Shown here in pieces: positions 25,058 through 40,020 of a DNA stretch of 64,000 nucleotides (its first letter is position 1; the number at the start of each line of letters is the position of its first letter). The DNA comes from Camelus dromedarius. Lineage: Eukaryota. The stretch lies in assembly GCF_036321535.1 (NCBI RefSeq), contig NC_087436.1, positions 45,448,001-45,512,000 of the forward strand. The letters are read 5' to 3'. The notes under the pieces are model-generated. The model was not told the origin of the DNA, made no database searches, and was given only the letters and a program-made list of their open reading frames with translations. Made by a program: the position numbers and the translations under genes.

Positions 25058-26410
25058 AGATTTCATATATTGAGGATCTATTTTATGCCAGGCACTGTGT
25101 TACATGCTTTACAAATAGTATGTCATTTAAGTCTCACCAAGAAAAAAAAAAAACCCTCAAGACAACAATTCTTACCATAGGGAAATTTGGCCTCAAAAAG
25201 TAAAATAATTTGATTGGACCTGTTTTACCCAACAGCCCAGTGATGAACAATCTGGACAAGAAGAACCATGGACTGAAAGTCAGGATACTCTGCCTGGTCA
25301 AAGGAGAAAAGACAAAGGAGCACCCATGGTTCAAGGGCCTGACGCACAAGCTGATCAGCAGGTAATGACTCGGCCAAAGACTGTGGGGAGGTGTGGAGAC
25401 GGTGCAGAGGTCAAAAGGAAGATTTTACCTAACCTCAAGCTCATTAATATGCCAGAAGCAGGTAAAAGACAGCCATGGCTTTAAAAGACAAACTGAAACC
25501 ATGTAAGCTGTTCTTATGTTGGTAACTTGTTAAAATCTTTCTCAATGAAGTTTTACAATTTTCTTCGTAAACAGGTCACAAAGATGGTAAGTAGTGAGGG
25601 AGGATTTGAATCCAAGTTTGTTTGATTCTGTAGCAAAAGGAACATTTCATATATCTCTGAGCTTCAGAATGAATTAAAAAGAATTCTATTAGAGTTGCTT
25701 TAAGTATCTTCATTATGATGCCAGGTCAAGTGTCCAGAATCCATGGCTGTGTTTTTTTAATTCCCTTCTCTACATGAGAACCTTTCAAAATCTGCTGCTG
25801 GGTGGCATTTGACATGTTTACTTTCTCCTTATAACTCTTTCCCCTAAGTGTACAAAGGTATTTAAGTCCTGATATGATAAGGGCGTTGGAATGGGACAAG
25901 ATTAAAGGATGGCTAATAAGAACATGAAATTCTGAGTCTTTAAATCCTACCTAGAGGTATCAATCTACCACCAAAGAAGGCCCTGAAAGAAATGCAGGCA
26001 ATTCCTCTTTTCCTGGTAGAACATCTCTTGGTCTTTAATACCCAAACCTCATGATGGTATGTATCTCTCAATATAACATTTTGAGGGACAACTTTTATAT
26101 AGGCAAAATGTATATACATGTCCTCAAAACTCAATACAATATTTTAACCAAAACAAATACACATAAAAAGTCTCAGTTATTTTCAAATTGCCAAAATAAA
26201 AGAATCATATGAAAAGAACCTCAAGTGTCAGCTAAGTGGTTGTATAATTCTTGCAGGTACCAATATTATTATATTAACTGCATACAAAACAAATCCATAT
26301 CAATTTTGGGGGTGACTAGGAAGTAATATTTTAAACATTTTCCATCCTTAAAGAGAGTTTATTTATTGTACACAGTATTTTGGTATGTTTAACTACGTTT
26401 TAAGAAATTG

Positions 26411-27070
26411 CATATATCTGGAAGAAACTCTTATTCAAAAAGATACATGCACCCCAATGTTCATAGCAGCACTATTTACAATACCAAGACATGGAAGCAA
26501 CCTAAATGTCCATCAACAGATCAAAGGGTAAAGAAAATGTAGTATATTTATACAATGGAATACTATTTAGACATAAAAAAGAATAAAATAATACCATTTG
26601 CAGCAACATGGATGGACCTAGAGATTGTCACAGTAAGTGAAGTAAGCCACAAAGAGAAAGAAAAATATCATACAGTATCACTTATACACAGAATCTAAAA
26701 AAAATTACACAAATGAATTTATCTACAAAACAGAAAGAGACTCAGACATAGAAGACAAACTTGTGGTTATCAGGATCATAAGAGGGGAGGGAGGGGTAAA
26801 TTGAGAGTTTGGGATTTGCAGATACTAACTACTATATATATATAAAATAAATAAACAACAAGGTCCTACTATATAGCAAGGGAACTATATTCAATACTGT
26901 GTAACAGCCTATAATGAGAAAGACCATGAAAAGGATATATATATATACACACACACACATATATATATGTATAATTGAATCAATTTGCTGTACATCAGTA
27001 ATTAAAACAACATTGTAAACTGACTATACTTTGATTGAAAAGATAAAACAAATTTTTCAAAAATTTTAAA
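26411..27070 (+). mobile_element. 5'-truncated camelid-type L1 with TSD
   Basis: ORF2 end 'gatacatgcaccccaatgttcatagcagcact', 3'UTR and A-rich tail. TSD AAGAAATTG at 26402-26410 and 27071-27079, preceded by TTTT. Confidence 0.92.
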
Positions 27071-29629
27071 AAGAAATTGGCTCAGAGTTTGGGATTAACA
27101 TGCAGGAAAATATAATTTTTACAATTTAAAATAATGTGAAATCCATTTTCTGCTAATGTTCTTGTACCAAAGTCTGATTTTCAGAAATGAATTAGTGGAA
27201 TTAAGTAGGAAATGCCTATATATGCATAGGAAGTAAAATCAGAAAAAGGACTAAATAGCACTCCTACCCAGACAAAGGAGACCTACCAACTTGAGCTCTC
27301 CTCTAAATTCTGCCTTCCACATGGGTTAAAGGGACAAGGAACTGGTTCCAGAGCCCCTTCTGGAACACACTGAGTTTCTAGAATCTTGAAAGTCCCTTCA
27401 GACAGGAGAAAGAGCAGAGGGCAAAGAGGGATTTTTGTCAGCCAAATCGATCTCCTTTAAAGAGCTTTCCCAGAATCCCATCACTTCTGCTTATATCTCA
27501 TTTGCTAGAACTGTATCAGATGACACCTCTACCCATAAGGGAGTCTGGAAAAATAAATATCTGAAAGCATTGCCACAACCAGCGGAAAAAAAAAAAAGGG
27601 GGAGGGGAAGAACTTTCATGTTAAGAAAGGAAAATTGGATTTAGTTGGGCAGATAGACGTTTCTGCCACAAATGGAATTATTTATGGAGGAATTGTAATC
27701 TTCTCTCAAGCCAACATTCACCAGCATTTTGTTTTTTAGCCTGTTAACCTAACAAGCTCAATAGCAATTCAATGGTCAATTAGCAGGAGAGACTATCAGA
27801 ATATCTTGCTTATCCCTTTGTCAGGGAATTGTCGATGCTCCTAGGTATGAGAGGAAGTCCTGTCCTTCAGTACCTTGTGAATATTTCTACTTACTCTATA
27901 AGCATCTGAAATAATCCAGAATGGGCTGTTAATTCAATCTTAAAATCACACTGTATACAACTGTCTATGGGTATCTAACTGACGTCCCAAGTTATGCCTG
28001 ACAGTCTTTGGTTCAAGACTGCAGACAGCAAAAGAGAACAAGAAGGAGTCAGTAGATATGAGATCTCAACAAATTTCTAGAGGCTGGAAAGAAGATGAAC
28101 ACAGCAGGGTCTTGCAGGGAAAAGAGAAGAGATTTCAACAAGAAAGAACCCCTCAGAGTACTCAGAATCTGGATGAGAACATCTGAAGTGGCCTGGGGTG
28201 AAGGAAAAACATAGGTCAAAAGCAGAGGGTAAACATACAATTCTTCCCATCGAAAACATGCCCCAGTCAGTGACCCACAATCTGCCCTTCCCATCGCTGC
28301 ATATCCCTATGTCTAGTCATATGAGCACCAGCATTCTACCTGCAGGAGAAAAACAAACAACAACAAAAATTGAGGATGTTTAAAAAAATAATTGTACCAA
28401 TTTCCTGGGGAGATTTAGAGCTTCTAAGATGGGAGGAAGGCCATAAAATAAAGCCCTCCTCATTCAGGTATTTGGACCTTCCCCAGAATAAAGTCTGCAC
28501 CTGAAAAAAGTTAAGTCTGCTGAACCAAATATCCTTCCATATACACAGAGACCACTGGGAAACCAACCAACATACACCACAACAGAGAAAACCCATGCTG
28601 GCTACTTAGAACGATCAGTTTAAGCTGGTCTAAACTTTATAACCAAGTTCACCAAAAGGGTCATACAATGTAGATCACATGAGAACATAAGTCTCATGCG
28701 TGAAATCTCTGAACTTGGCCACCACCCTATAAATTTAAGATGATGAAGCTACTCCAATTAACAAGTCATACTTGCCGCAGAAATAAATTAATGCTCCCCC
28801 CAAGTAGATCTTTCCTTCAATTTTACACATAGAACTTGAAGTCCAGAATAGGAAATCGGTGTTTCCCTTTCCCAAATTCTTTTTCTTCTCTCACTCAACA
28901 GGGCCCTCAGGTTGAGTCTTATTCCTTCTTCAACAACTTGCACCAACTTCTGTATTTTTCTTTAGTGGGTCACATTGAGGTAACACCAATTTCAGCACCT
29001 GCACAGCTGGATTACTCCACCCCCAGTGGTCTCATGTGTTCCATTCTTACAAATGTCTACAGGACCAGCTCTTTACCGCCGAGTTTAGAAAGCTTTATGG
29101 AAATCTCCAGAACAACATGCAAGATTTAAATCTCAGCAACCACCCACTTCAACAGCATTCCTTAAGGCAAAGTGCATATTACAAATGTATACTACAACAA
29201 AGAGCCACATTATGTTGCCAGCCACAGGCTATAGCAGAGATGAGACAGCGTTGTGGAGGGGAAGAATGAAGACTATGAAAAAGAGTAAAAGCATTCTTAT
29301 TGAAGCATTAGGGTGGAATATTTGAAAAATATTATTTCTCCAGCCAATGGCAGCCTGAGGCCTGGAACCAAAGCAAGCCAAGTGACCTACTTTGACCCTT
29401 ATTCCCTAAGCACCTGCATCTCAGACTTTTCTAATCCAGAGGGAAAAGCTCATCCAACAAAAAGCAGCAGCAAAGGAGTACTGAGAGACAGAACAAGAGA
29501 GCTGGGGCTGTCCCACAATGCCCTGGGGCTCCCTCCTTCTTTCTCAGGCCAGCTTACTTCACCAGCTGTCAGAATAGAATGCCTGAGAGTCCACCAAAGA
29601 GCTGACAGGAATCAAAGTGGTGGTTTCCT

Positions 29630-29815
29630 GGGGGAGTAAGTATTGACTGGGAAGGGGCACTAGGAAGCTGCCGGTCACGGAAATGTTTCTGTTTTGATCT
29701 AGGTAGTGACTCCATGTGGATATATACATAGGAAAAAATTCTTCAAACTGTTCACTTAAGATTTGTGCATTTCACCACACTTAGATTATACCTCAAGAAA
29801 AAAGAAAAAAAAAGA
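29630..29815 (+). mobile_element. L1MD/ME-like 3' end
   Basis: 'attgactgggaaggggcac...tgttcacttaagatttgtgcatttcac' followed by an A-rich tail. Confidence 0.7.
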
Positions 29816-31505
29816 ATTTTATAAAAAGAGACACACACACAGCCAAACTTTTTTCCAGTAAGAAACACTTCCAGACTTTCTTTAATTCTCCAGATTTCTG
29901 GAAGCAATAGATTCCAAAGAAAGAATTAAGGGGCAGCCAAAAAGAGGAAGACAATGATCTCAGAGCAGAATTGTTTCCATTTCCCTCCAAACTTATGGAA
30001 AACCAACTGGAAGAAAGAGAGGCAAAGAAATAACCAAGATGCTTCCAATAGGAAGCAATCCCCACACCCTCACCCCTGTGCGTCACAACTTGGGTCTCAT
30101 GAAACAGAATGCATTCCAAAAGTCATCACCCATATGTGCACTGTAACTTTAAATCCCTTTCTCAAAAATAAAGAGAGCTCCACTCTAGGAAAACCTGGCC
30201 AAATAAAGCTTACATGCACAGAAGGCCTGTTCTAGCCCTTGAGTAACCTTCCCCTCAAGGCACAGTTTCACAACTGTAGCTCACTGCACCTGGGATTTAT
30301 TCTCAGGGATGTGCCAAATGATTTAATTTATTAAACAGATGCTACATAAGGGCATTAGTTAAGACTAACAAAAGAGCACAAGGAAAAATCTTTGATATTT
30401 TAAAATATTAAAGCATTGTTGTACCCCTATTCCCCAATATTTTCTTCTCCAGCCCCCGATTCCTCCCCACATACAAACTACCACCATTCAGACAACCAGA
30501 TTGTTCTATCTCCTTGACTAGGGAAAAGGCTGTGTCAGAAAATTAAAAGATTTAGACAAGCTTATTTTTAGATTTGGGTGTTTAAAACTTAGGCCATTTG
30601 GAAATCAAAAAGGAACCATGACACCTACAACATACATGGGAAAATATGTAACCAAGAGCAAAACATCTCAGCCTCACTCCATTCTCTGTCAGTCTCCAAC
30701 CTCTAAAGGAGAAAGAAGTCCTCAAGCTAAAAGCAGACTCCATCTTACTGCAGTGGAAACAGAGAAGTGGTAACAGCATCAGAAGGATCCCAGAAAGAGG
30801 GAGCTTGCCCCCCAGTTCTTGGGCTGAGTTCTAGGAAGGATTCAAAACCTCTATATAGGCTGATGGTCTATAGGAAACCCAGCCTGGTTGTTCAGGCAGA
30901 GCCTGTGGAAATGGCAAAACCTCCGAGGAGAAGTTGTTGCATGTTGTCCCTAGGCACATGGCACAGGAGACAATGACATAGGCTTCCCCATGCCCAGCAC
31001 AGCCTGGGTGATTTCCATGTCCCCCAAAAGCAGCACAGAGAGAGTGATAGAAATGGAGGGCTTTGGAGATGGGAATGAGGAACAAATTACATGGATGGTC
31101 ATCTAAAGACCGGATAGGATGATGGCTGTTCCACTAGTTGCCAGACGCCATCAAGGACCACATTGACCCTCCACTTTCCCCTCAACAATACAGCCATCGT
31201 CAATGCTAGCCCATGGGGTACTTTTGTGCAACTTAGGAAAAAACATCTACATGGTGTGTACTTCTTAGTAAATGGAGAGCTGGTTAGATTTCAGCCTCCT
31301 TGGCTCCCCATCCTACCCCCAAGCCATAGTACTTAGAAAATAGAACTTAGATGGTCTGACTCTTATACCTGTGCCACATTACCTCCAAACCTGCCTGAAT
31401 AGTTATGGCTAGCCCAGGAAATTTATCTAAAACCTCAAGCAAAATAAGTCTATCCCAAAATAAAATAGTGATGTTAAAAAAAACCCAAAACTATAATTAA
31501 GAAAA

Positions 31506-34500
31506 TTCAATCTTCTGCAACCAAAGATATAAAGAAGGAACCACAAGACAGTAGACAGTACAGAAACATGGTACAGTCAAGACCCATAATCCCTGGTGGG
31601 CAACTCACAAATGAGAGGATAAGAATTGCAGAGCTTCTCCCCAAGGAGCAGGGGATCTGAACCCCACATTGAGTTCCCCAGCTGTGGGGTCCTGTACTGG
31701 GAAGATGAACTCCCAGAATGTTTGGCTTTGATGGCCGGCTTACTTTTGGGAGAGCCAGAGGGCTAGGGGAAATGGACACTCCACTCTATAAGAGCACACA
31801 TCAATCTCACATGCTCCAGGGTCCAGGGCAGAAGCAGTAATTTGAAAGAAGCCTGGGTCAGACCCACCAGCTGATCCTGCAGACCTTCCCAAAGAGTCAG
31901 GAGGCAACTGGAGCCCACCCTGGAAACATAGACATTGGTGGCAATCATTCTGGGGAGCTTATTCTATCATTAGGACACTGGTTCAAGGAAGCACCATATT
32001 GGAATCCTCCCTCTAGTTTATTGGCACTGAGACTCAGCCCTGCTCACCTGTCTGTGGCACCAGTACTGGGAGGCCTCAGGCTAAGAAGCTAACTGGGTGG
32101 GGCTACAACCCTATTCACCAGCAGGCCTCTGCCTTAAAATCCCCTGAGCTCACAGCTGCCCTGGGACTGGTCCTGTCCACAAGAAAACCCAGGACCTAGC
32201 CCCACCCACCAGTGCCAAGCAGCTTTTGCAAAGAATAGGGCCTGGCAACCAACTGGATCAGGGACTAGGCACCCCTACCCAACCACCCACACCTACCAGA
32301 CCACCCACAGTAGTCAGCCTGCAACAATAGAAGGACCCACACAGCTCAAATAGGGGGCATCCCTAGAGCACATAGCTCTGGTGACCAGAGAGGAGTGCAC
32401 TGCTGTGATGCGTAAGATGACTCCTACAAAGAGCCCCGTCTCCAAGATCGGGAAACATACGCAGCCTACCAAACACATGGAAATGAAAACAGCAAATTAG
32501 GAAAAATGAGATGACAAGAGTAGGTTCCAAACAAAGGAACAAGGTAAAGCTCCAGAAAAAGAACTAAATGAATTGGAGACAAGTAATCTACCAGATGGAG
32601 TTCAAGGTAATGATCATAAAGATGTTCAAAGGACTTGAGAGGAAATTGGGTGACTAGAGTGAGAAGGAAGAAGTTTTTAACAAGAGTTAGAAAAATATAA
32701 AAAAGAACCAAACAGAGATTAAGAATGCAATAACTGAAATAAGAAATACACTAGAAGGAATCAACAGGTCAATATCACTGATGAACATAGATGCCAAAAT
32801 CCTCAATAAAATATTAGCAGACTAAATTCAACAATAAATTATAAGGATCATACACGATGACCAAGTGGGATTTATCCCAGGGATGCAGGGATGATTCAAT
32901 ATCATCAAATCAGTTAGCGTGATACACCACATTAACAAATTGAAGAATAAAAATCATGATTATCTCAACAGATACAGAAAGAGCTTCTGACAAAATCCAA
33001 TATCCACTTATGATGGAAAAACACCCTCAACAAAGTGGGTATAGAGGGAACATACCTCAACATAATAAAGGCCATTTATGACAAGCCCACAGCTAACATC
33101 ATATTCAATGGTAAAAAGATGAAAGTATTTCCTCTAAGATTAGCAACAGGACAAGGATATCCACTCTTGCTGCTTTTATTCAACAAAGTATTGGAATTCC
33201 TAGCCACAGCAGTTAGATGAGAAAAAGAAGTAAAAGTCATCCAAATTGGAAAAGAAGATGTAAAACTGTGACTGCTTGCAGATGACATGATACTCTATAT
33301 AGAAAATCCTAAAGATGCCACACACACAAAACTACCAGAACTCATCAATGAATCAGTAAAGTTGCAGGATATAAAATTAATATACAGAAACCTGTTGCAT
33401 TTCTAAACACTAACGACAAACTATCAGAAAGAGAAATGAAAGAAACAATCCCACTTACAATCACATCAAAAAGAATAAAATACATAGGGATAAATCTAAG
33501 TAAGAAGGTAAAATATCTGTACTCAGAAAGCTATGAGGCATTGATAAAAAAAACTGAAGACAGCACAAACGATGGAAAGATACACTGTATTCTTGGATTG
33601 GAAGAATCAATATTGTTAAAATGGCCATACTACCCAAAGCAACCTACAGATTCAATGCAGTGCCTATCAAGATATCAGTGGCATTTTTCATAAAACTAGA
33701 ACAAGTAACTCTAAAATTTTTGTGGAAATGCAAAAGACTCCAAAAAGCCAAAATAATCTTGAGAAGAACAGAACTGGAGGTATCACACGCCCTGAATTCA
33801 GACTATATATACCACAGTGCAACAGTAGTCAAACAAGTATGATACCAGCATAAAAACAGACACAAAGATAAACGGAATAGAATGGAGAATGCTGAAATGA
33901 ACCCACTCTTATATGGACAATTAATCTATGACAAAGGAGGCAAGAATATACAATGAGGAAAAACAGTTTCTTCAATAAGTGGCCTTGGAAAACTGGACAG
34001 CTACATGCAAAAGAATAAAACTGAACTATATCACACCATGCACAAAAATAAATTCAAAACTGATTAAAGACTTAATCATAAGACTTGAAACTGTAAAACT
34101 TCCAGAAGAAAACGTAGGAAGTACGCTCTTTGACACTAGTCTTAGTCATTTTGGGGGGGATATGTCCCCTCAGGCAAGGGAAACAAAAGCAAAAATTAAC
34201 AAATGAGACTACATCAAACTAAAAAGCTTTCGTTCAACAAAGAAAACTATCAAACAAAATGAAGAGGCCACCCACTAAATGGGAGAAGATATTTGCAAGT
34301 GACATAGCCAACAAAGGATTAATATCCAAAATATACGAAGAGCTCATACAACTCAACAGTGAAAAAACAAACAACTCAACTAAAAAATGGGCAGAGGATC
34401 TAGACATTTTTCCAAAGGAAACATCCAGATGGCCAATCGGCACGTGAAAAGATACTCAACATCAGTAATCATTAGGGAAATGCAAACCAAAACAACAATG

Positions 34501-35309
34501 AGACAACACCTCACACCTGTCAGAATGGCTATCATCAAAAAGGCAACAAATAATAAATTTTGGCAAGGATATGGAGAAAAGAGAACCCTCATATGCTGTT
34601 GGTGGGAATGTAAGTTGGTGCAGCCACCATGGAAAACAGTGTGGCAATTCCTCCAAAAATTAAAAATAGAACTACCATGTGATTCAGCAATTCTACTCCT
34701 ATCCAAAGAAAACAAAAGCACTAATTAGAAAAAATACACACACCCTTGTGTTTTTAGCAGCATTACTTCCAATAGCCAAGATATGGAAGCAACCTAAGTG
34801 CCCAATGGTGGATGAATGGATAAAAAAGAAGTATATATACATATACAATGTTACATTACTCAGTCATAAAAAGAATGAAGTCTTGCCATTTGCAACAACA
34901 TGGATGGACCTAGAGGGTACTATGCTAACTGAAATAAATCATGATCTCACTTATATATGGAATCTAAAATCAAAACAAAAAAATAAGCAAAACAAAATGA
35001 GAATAGATTCATAGATACAGAGGACAAATGGGTTGTTGCCAGAAGGAAGCAGGGTGAGAGGAGTGGGTGAGGTAGGTAAAAGGGATCAAGAAGTACAAAC
35101 CTCCAGTTATATAGTAAATAAGTCACAGGGATACAATATACAGCATATGGAACATGGTCAATAATGTTGAAATAACTTTGTATGGGGACAGATGGTTACT
35201 AGACTTGTAATAGTGATCACTTCATAATGTATGCAAATATCAAATCACTATGTAGTACATCTGAAACTAACATAATATTGTATGTCAACTGTATTTCAAT
35301 TAAAAAAAA
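31506..35309 (+). mobile_element. Internally deleted L1: 5'UTR, ORF1 N-terminus, ORF2 RT to C-terminus, 3'UTR, poly(A)
   Basis: ORF1-like start at 32506. Abrupt join at ~32767 to ORF2 'SLMNIDAKILNKILA'. Later motifs include '[22 protein letters not shown]', '[12 protein letters not shown]' and 'FATTWMDLEG'. Many stops and frameshifts. Confidence 0.95.
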
Positions 35310-36621
35310 TTTGGAAGGTAAGTGATCTTTAAATACAGAAGTTAAACACGAAGTGATATACTTGCATGAAACAAGAAATTCTAGATATCCTTTGTTAAAC
35401 ATATGTGAAATAGAGAGGCCCTTTCAAAATTCTCAGGCTAAACCCCAGCGATTCCTTTGTCAAAGACCATTTCTTTCACTTAAAGTGTTCTACTGTGAGG
35501 AAGCCTGTTTCATAACATTAGAAAACTGTGGGTCAGAGGCCAGGATTGGTTTTAGAAAGGACATTTGAACCTAACATTTAAAAAAATAGCATAGTAAACA
35601 TTTTCAGTACTAATATTGATTTTTCTCCCCTGGTCTCTGTTCCATCTATTTGTTTAAGCATGATTTTTTTAAGTAAAAAGAATGATATCAAAGTCTAGAC
35701 TATTGTGAATCCAGTGGGGGAAAAAAGTCACATAATTTCAACACCAAAACACAATGGTGATAATTTTTGCCTAATACCCTTCAGTATTTTTCCCAGATCA
35801 TTTTGAAATTTTGAGGATGAAATCTTCACTATAGACGAAAGAGCCCTTCATAGAGATGACTCATTGTCATAAAACTGACCACCTCTTTAAATTTATTCAT
35901 CTCATTTTAGTACAGATGAGAAGTAAAGCAGGGATAAATTTTTGAAAACAGTTCTCAGTATTGAAAGAGAAAACAGGTTCTCGTTAACGAGATTTGGGTT
36001 AACTCCTCATAAGGCCTAGCCTCAAGATTCCCAACTGAAGTGAGCCAACTCAGTCCTGCTGTGTTTAATTATGATAGTCTATTGTTGGAAGGAAATGAGA
36101 AAATAATCTAGTCCAAATTTACAAATCTAAAGGTTAAGAAACATTACCTAGTCCAGATCTGAAAATATAGCGCTCCAGAATCCATAGGAGAAAGGAAAGG
36201 AGAGAGAGTTCTGCCTGTGAATGACTCTTGGGAAATGCATTGTGCAGACTTATCTTGCAAAACAATAAAAACCAACAGTAGAAAGAACACAACCTCCAAT
36301 TTGCAGGTGAGGAAACTGAGGGGCAAAGAAGAAAATGGAGATAAGTGGTTAAGCTCACTAATTTCCTTTCCTTTCCTTTTTTTTTTTTTTCCCCTTCAAT
36401 TACACTACGCTTTTTGTTTGTTCTACTTGAAGCACTGAGTACCTAGCTGACTGCCGCAGTCCAAAAAAGATTTGTTCAAGTCTCACTTCAGTTAGGGAAA
36501 AAAGCTAAATTTGAACACTTAAATATATAATCTTCCCTAAACTGCTCAATTTGTGAACTATACATTCTTATCTGAAATTCCAAGGACAGCCTTAGTCATA
36601 TGTGTATATATTTGAGAAATA

Positions 36622-37012
36622 CAGGCATCCTCCACTTTATGAAAGTTCAGTTTATACCATTTCACTTTTACAAAAGACCTACATTAGTGCCTGTTTCTGC
36701 TAACTGAAAGAAATCCGAAAATGTTCGCTTTTATGGAAAAAGGCAAAAAGCAAAACAGCATTCAGCTTTGGTCTTGCAGGAGTTGTTTTGGAAGCAGTGC
36801 ACACTCTAAGCAGTGAGAATGGCCCTACCAGCTCCTTCCCTGGAAGTATACTCAGCATCAAGCCACTAAGAGCATCTGTGCTTTTCCTCAGTTGATTTTG
36901 TACATCCGTTAGCAACATGTGTCCTAAGGTAATTGCTTCTCTGCTTTATGCCACTTCTGCCTACGAAAGGTTTCATAGGAACGCTCCACTTTTGAATAGC
37001 AAGGGAAACCTG
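36622..37012. mobile_element. Non-autonomous TcMar-Tigger-type DNA transposon
   Basis: TA|CAGGCATCCTCCACTTT...GCAAGGGAAACCTG|TA: imperfect terminal inverted repeats with TA duplication. Confidence 0.75.
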
Positions 37013-37544
37013 TACTACATTATTCCAAGTAACATAAATATATTCCTAACATAAATGTAACAGATGTTTAGGTTTTAAAAAAGATACTTGAGCATGAAAC
37101 TCCAAACTTAATCATTAAAAAAAAAAATTAAGACATATCCAGTGAAGTCAAACGAAACTTAAAATGGATATCTGTTTTCATTCCCTTTTCTTATGATGAT
37201 ACAACTCATTTTAACACGCTCCTAGGGCCCTGAGATTTTGTGAAGGGATTCATCAGCACAAATCTGAGCTCAGCATCACCTTTATAATTTTCATCTAAAA
37301 GTGTTAGCCTGTCTTTGGAGGCTTTGTGTCTTTTTTTTTTTTTTTTTCTTTCTCATCTGTGAGATGAATGTATAGGATAGTATTTGTTTCAGCAAGATTG
37401 AACACTTGTTCTGTAGTGTGACCACCTTCACCACTGTGGCCTCTTTATTGGTGGAAGTAGCGTCAGCCCTGGTCTTCCTGTCTGGCTCTTAGTCCTTTCA
37501 AACCATTTTGTACTTGCTCTAAAACTTACTCCTTTCACCTCGAT

Positions 37545-38011
37545 TGTGGTCAGTAGCCTTAATGGCCCTAAGTTTTCACCCTCCCTGTAGACACACCTTT
37601 TGTCACAGAACTTTGCAGTTTCTCTCATCCCTAAGGCAAAGTACATTTCTCCTCCCACCCTGAGGACTTTGAGGTCAGCCCGTAACTAGCTTAGACCTAT
37701 GCGATATTAGTGGATGGGAAATGTCCAAAGATGTGAAAGTTATGTAAATGACTGGGCTTGCCCTGTTACAACTTGAAGAACGTGCCCAGACTAGTTTGCT
37801 GGTCTCAAGTCAGAAAGACACGAGGAAGACTACCAGCTCGCCCCAGATGCATGAGCAAGCTTAGCTGAGACTCACAGAACCATCTACTTGAGCCCAGCCC
37901 AGATCAGCTGAACCCCAGCTGACCCATAATGAATGCTTATTGTTGTCTATCACTGAGACTTCTGTGATTGTTAGTTACACAGTGTTACTGTGACCATATT
38001 TAACTGATACA
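37545..38011 (+). mobile_element. Old MLT1 LTR
   Basis: TGTGG start, 'atgcttattgttgtctatcactgagac', ends 'aactgataca'. Confidence 0.7.
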
Positions 38012-38025
38012 TCACCCTTGTATCA

Positions 38026-38860
38026 TTGTGTTAGATGCCTATCACTGTGTAAATGATCCCCAGCCTTAACGGTGTAAAATGACAAACATTAATTATCTTG
38101 TAATTTCTGTGGTCAGGCATTTGAAGATGCTCAGCTCGGTGACTCAGAGTATTTCATGTGATTACAGTCAAGATAATGGCAGGGACTGCAGTCAGTGATT
38201 TGAAGGCTTTAATGGGGCTGGAAGACCTGATCCCAAGGTCCCAGGTTCATTCATAAGGTGAATGGCAAGGGGCCTCAGTTCCTCACGTGCTGTTGACTTC
38301 AGTTATAGACCTTGCTATGTGGGCCTTTCCACAGGCTACCGAATGTCCTCATGGCCTGGTGGCTAACTTCCCTCTGAGAGAGGCAACACAAAGGAAGCCT
38401 CAATGCCTTTATGACCTCATCTCCAAAACCACACACTGCCACTTCTACTTTACCATAGTCATTAGGAGATAGGCACTAAGTCCAGACCGTATTCAAGGTG
38501 AGGGAAATTAAGCGTCACTCCTTGAAGGGAAGAGTAGCTAAGACTTTGAACATATCTAAAAACCACCTCAGAATGCCTTCTAACAGATTGTATATATCCC
38601 TCCTACATGCAACATACACTCACTCCTTCCCAGGGCTTCTGAAAATCTCATCCCATTACAGCGTCAGCTCAAAGCCCAGAATCTCATCATTTATATCAGG
38701 TCCAGGTGCAGAAGAGACACTTCAGTTTTAGTGTCTTAAGTATGGCTTCTGGAGTCCAGTTTCTCTCCATCCAAAGACCTGTGCACTAAAGGGATCAGTT
38801 ACCTGTACCCACTCCCACCCCAAACATACAATGGTGAAACAGGCATAGGAGAAAGACTAT
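38026..38860 (-). mobile_element. MLT1F/G-like LTR with adjoining MLT1 internal sequence
   Basis: Antisense LTR motifs to ~38570, then MLT1-int-like 'aaaatctcatcccattacagcgtcagctcaaagccca'. Confidence 0.6.
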
Positions 38861-40020
38861 AATCACCCTCAGATTTTCAAAACTATTTAGCAACAGAAAT
38901 TCTAGTCTTTTTTTTTTTTTCATCAAATCTCTGGAAGGGATGTTACTCCTATTTTACCAAAGAGTAAATAGATTTATGAATTCATATTTAGTGACAAAAA
39001 GGTAACCCCTAGTGAAAGGACAAAATGATCATAAAGAAATACAAATAACCAAGTCACTGGAAACTTGGGTAGAATTATTAGTTAATGGTGCTCATGGAAA
39101 ACCCAGAATGCTTAGATTATTAAAGGCTTAATTAGTCATATTATATCACCACTATTAAAAAGATTTTCCAGGTGAGTAGCTGTGAGCTATAAGAAGATAT
39201 CTATTTCTGTTTTACTGGTATTACCTGCTAAAACAATGTTTTCATAGTATAGAATTTCTGCTTGGAATTCTGCTGAATTCAAGACTATCAACAGACCAGG
39301 TGTGAAGCCAAGTATCATATTTTCAAATCATGTGGAAAGGTACAACATTTTATATCCACTCTTATTGCAAAAATGGTATGTAGGCAGAAAGGAATTGGAG
39401 AAAGATCTCTGAGCATTGGATTTTATTAAATAAAAGCTTTATATACACTGGGAGGTAAAAATGCAGAAGAGTATACGTTTTACATGGTTACAATTTTCCA
39501 GGTACAGAAGTCCTTTGGAATCATATGCATAACATTGTACACATTCTGAATTGATAAAAGTATACTACCAAGCCAAGTATATTCATAGAAATGGATCTTT
39601 CATGGAAGCCCCCGAAACAAATTAGTCCCCTGTTTATTTCTCCATTGCTTTTGGATTTCTTTTTTCCTCTATGAATAGCAATTCTTGTATTTCTTTTAAA
39701 ATAACCTATGAATTCTAAAATCAGCTTAGTGAAAGTTAAGATGATGATAACTAGAAAAAATGTTTGTGGTATATATGATCCAAAATAGTTAATACTCAAC
39801 ACATAAAGATCTGTATAAATAAGAAAAGGGCATAAGCTCAAAAGTCCACAATACTGTTTCCCATTTTTATTCTATTTCATTTTGTTATCCCATATGAGTG
39901 TTCTCTTCCATCCATCTCACTCACCCATCCATCCATCCATTTATCCCACTCTTCCATTTATTCAACAAATAGTCTTTACCTGCAGGATCCTTATTCAACC
40001 TTCAAAATGGTAGGAGATAC

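Noticed and set aside
28870..28990. Possible lncRNA exons from polypyrimidine-AG and GTAAC signals
   Set aside because: Isolated splice-like motifs are common, and nothing else in the sequence supports them.
33035..35014. ORFs with RT-like motifs as an active element
   Set aside because: Fragmented L1 ORF2 with stops and frameshifts, and no endonuclease.
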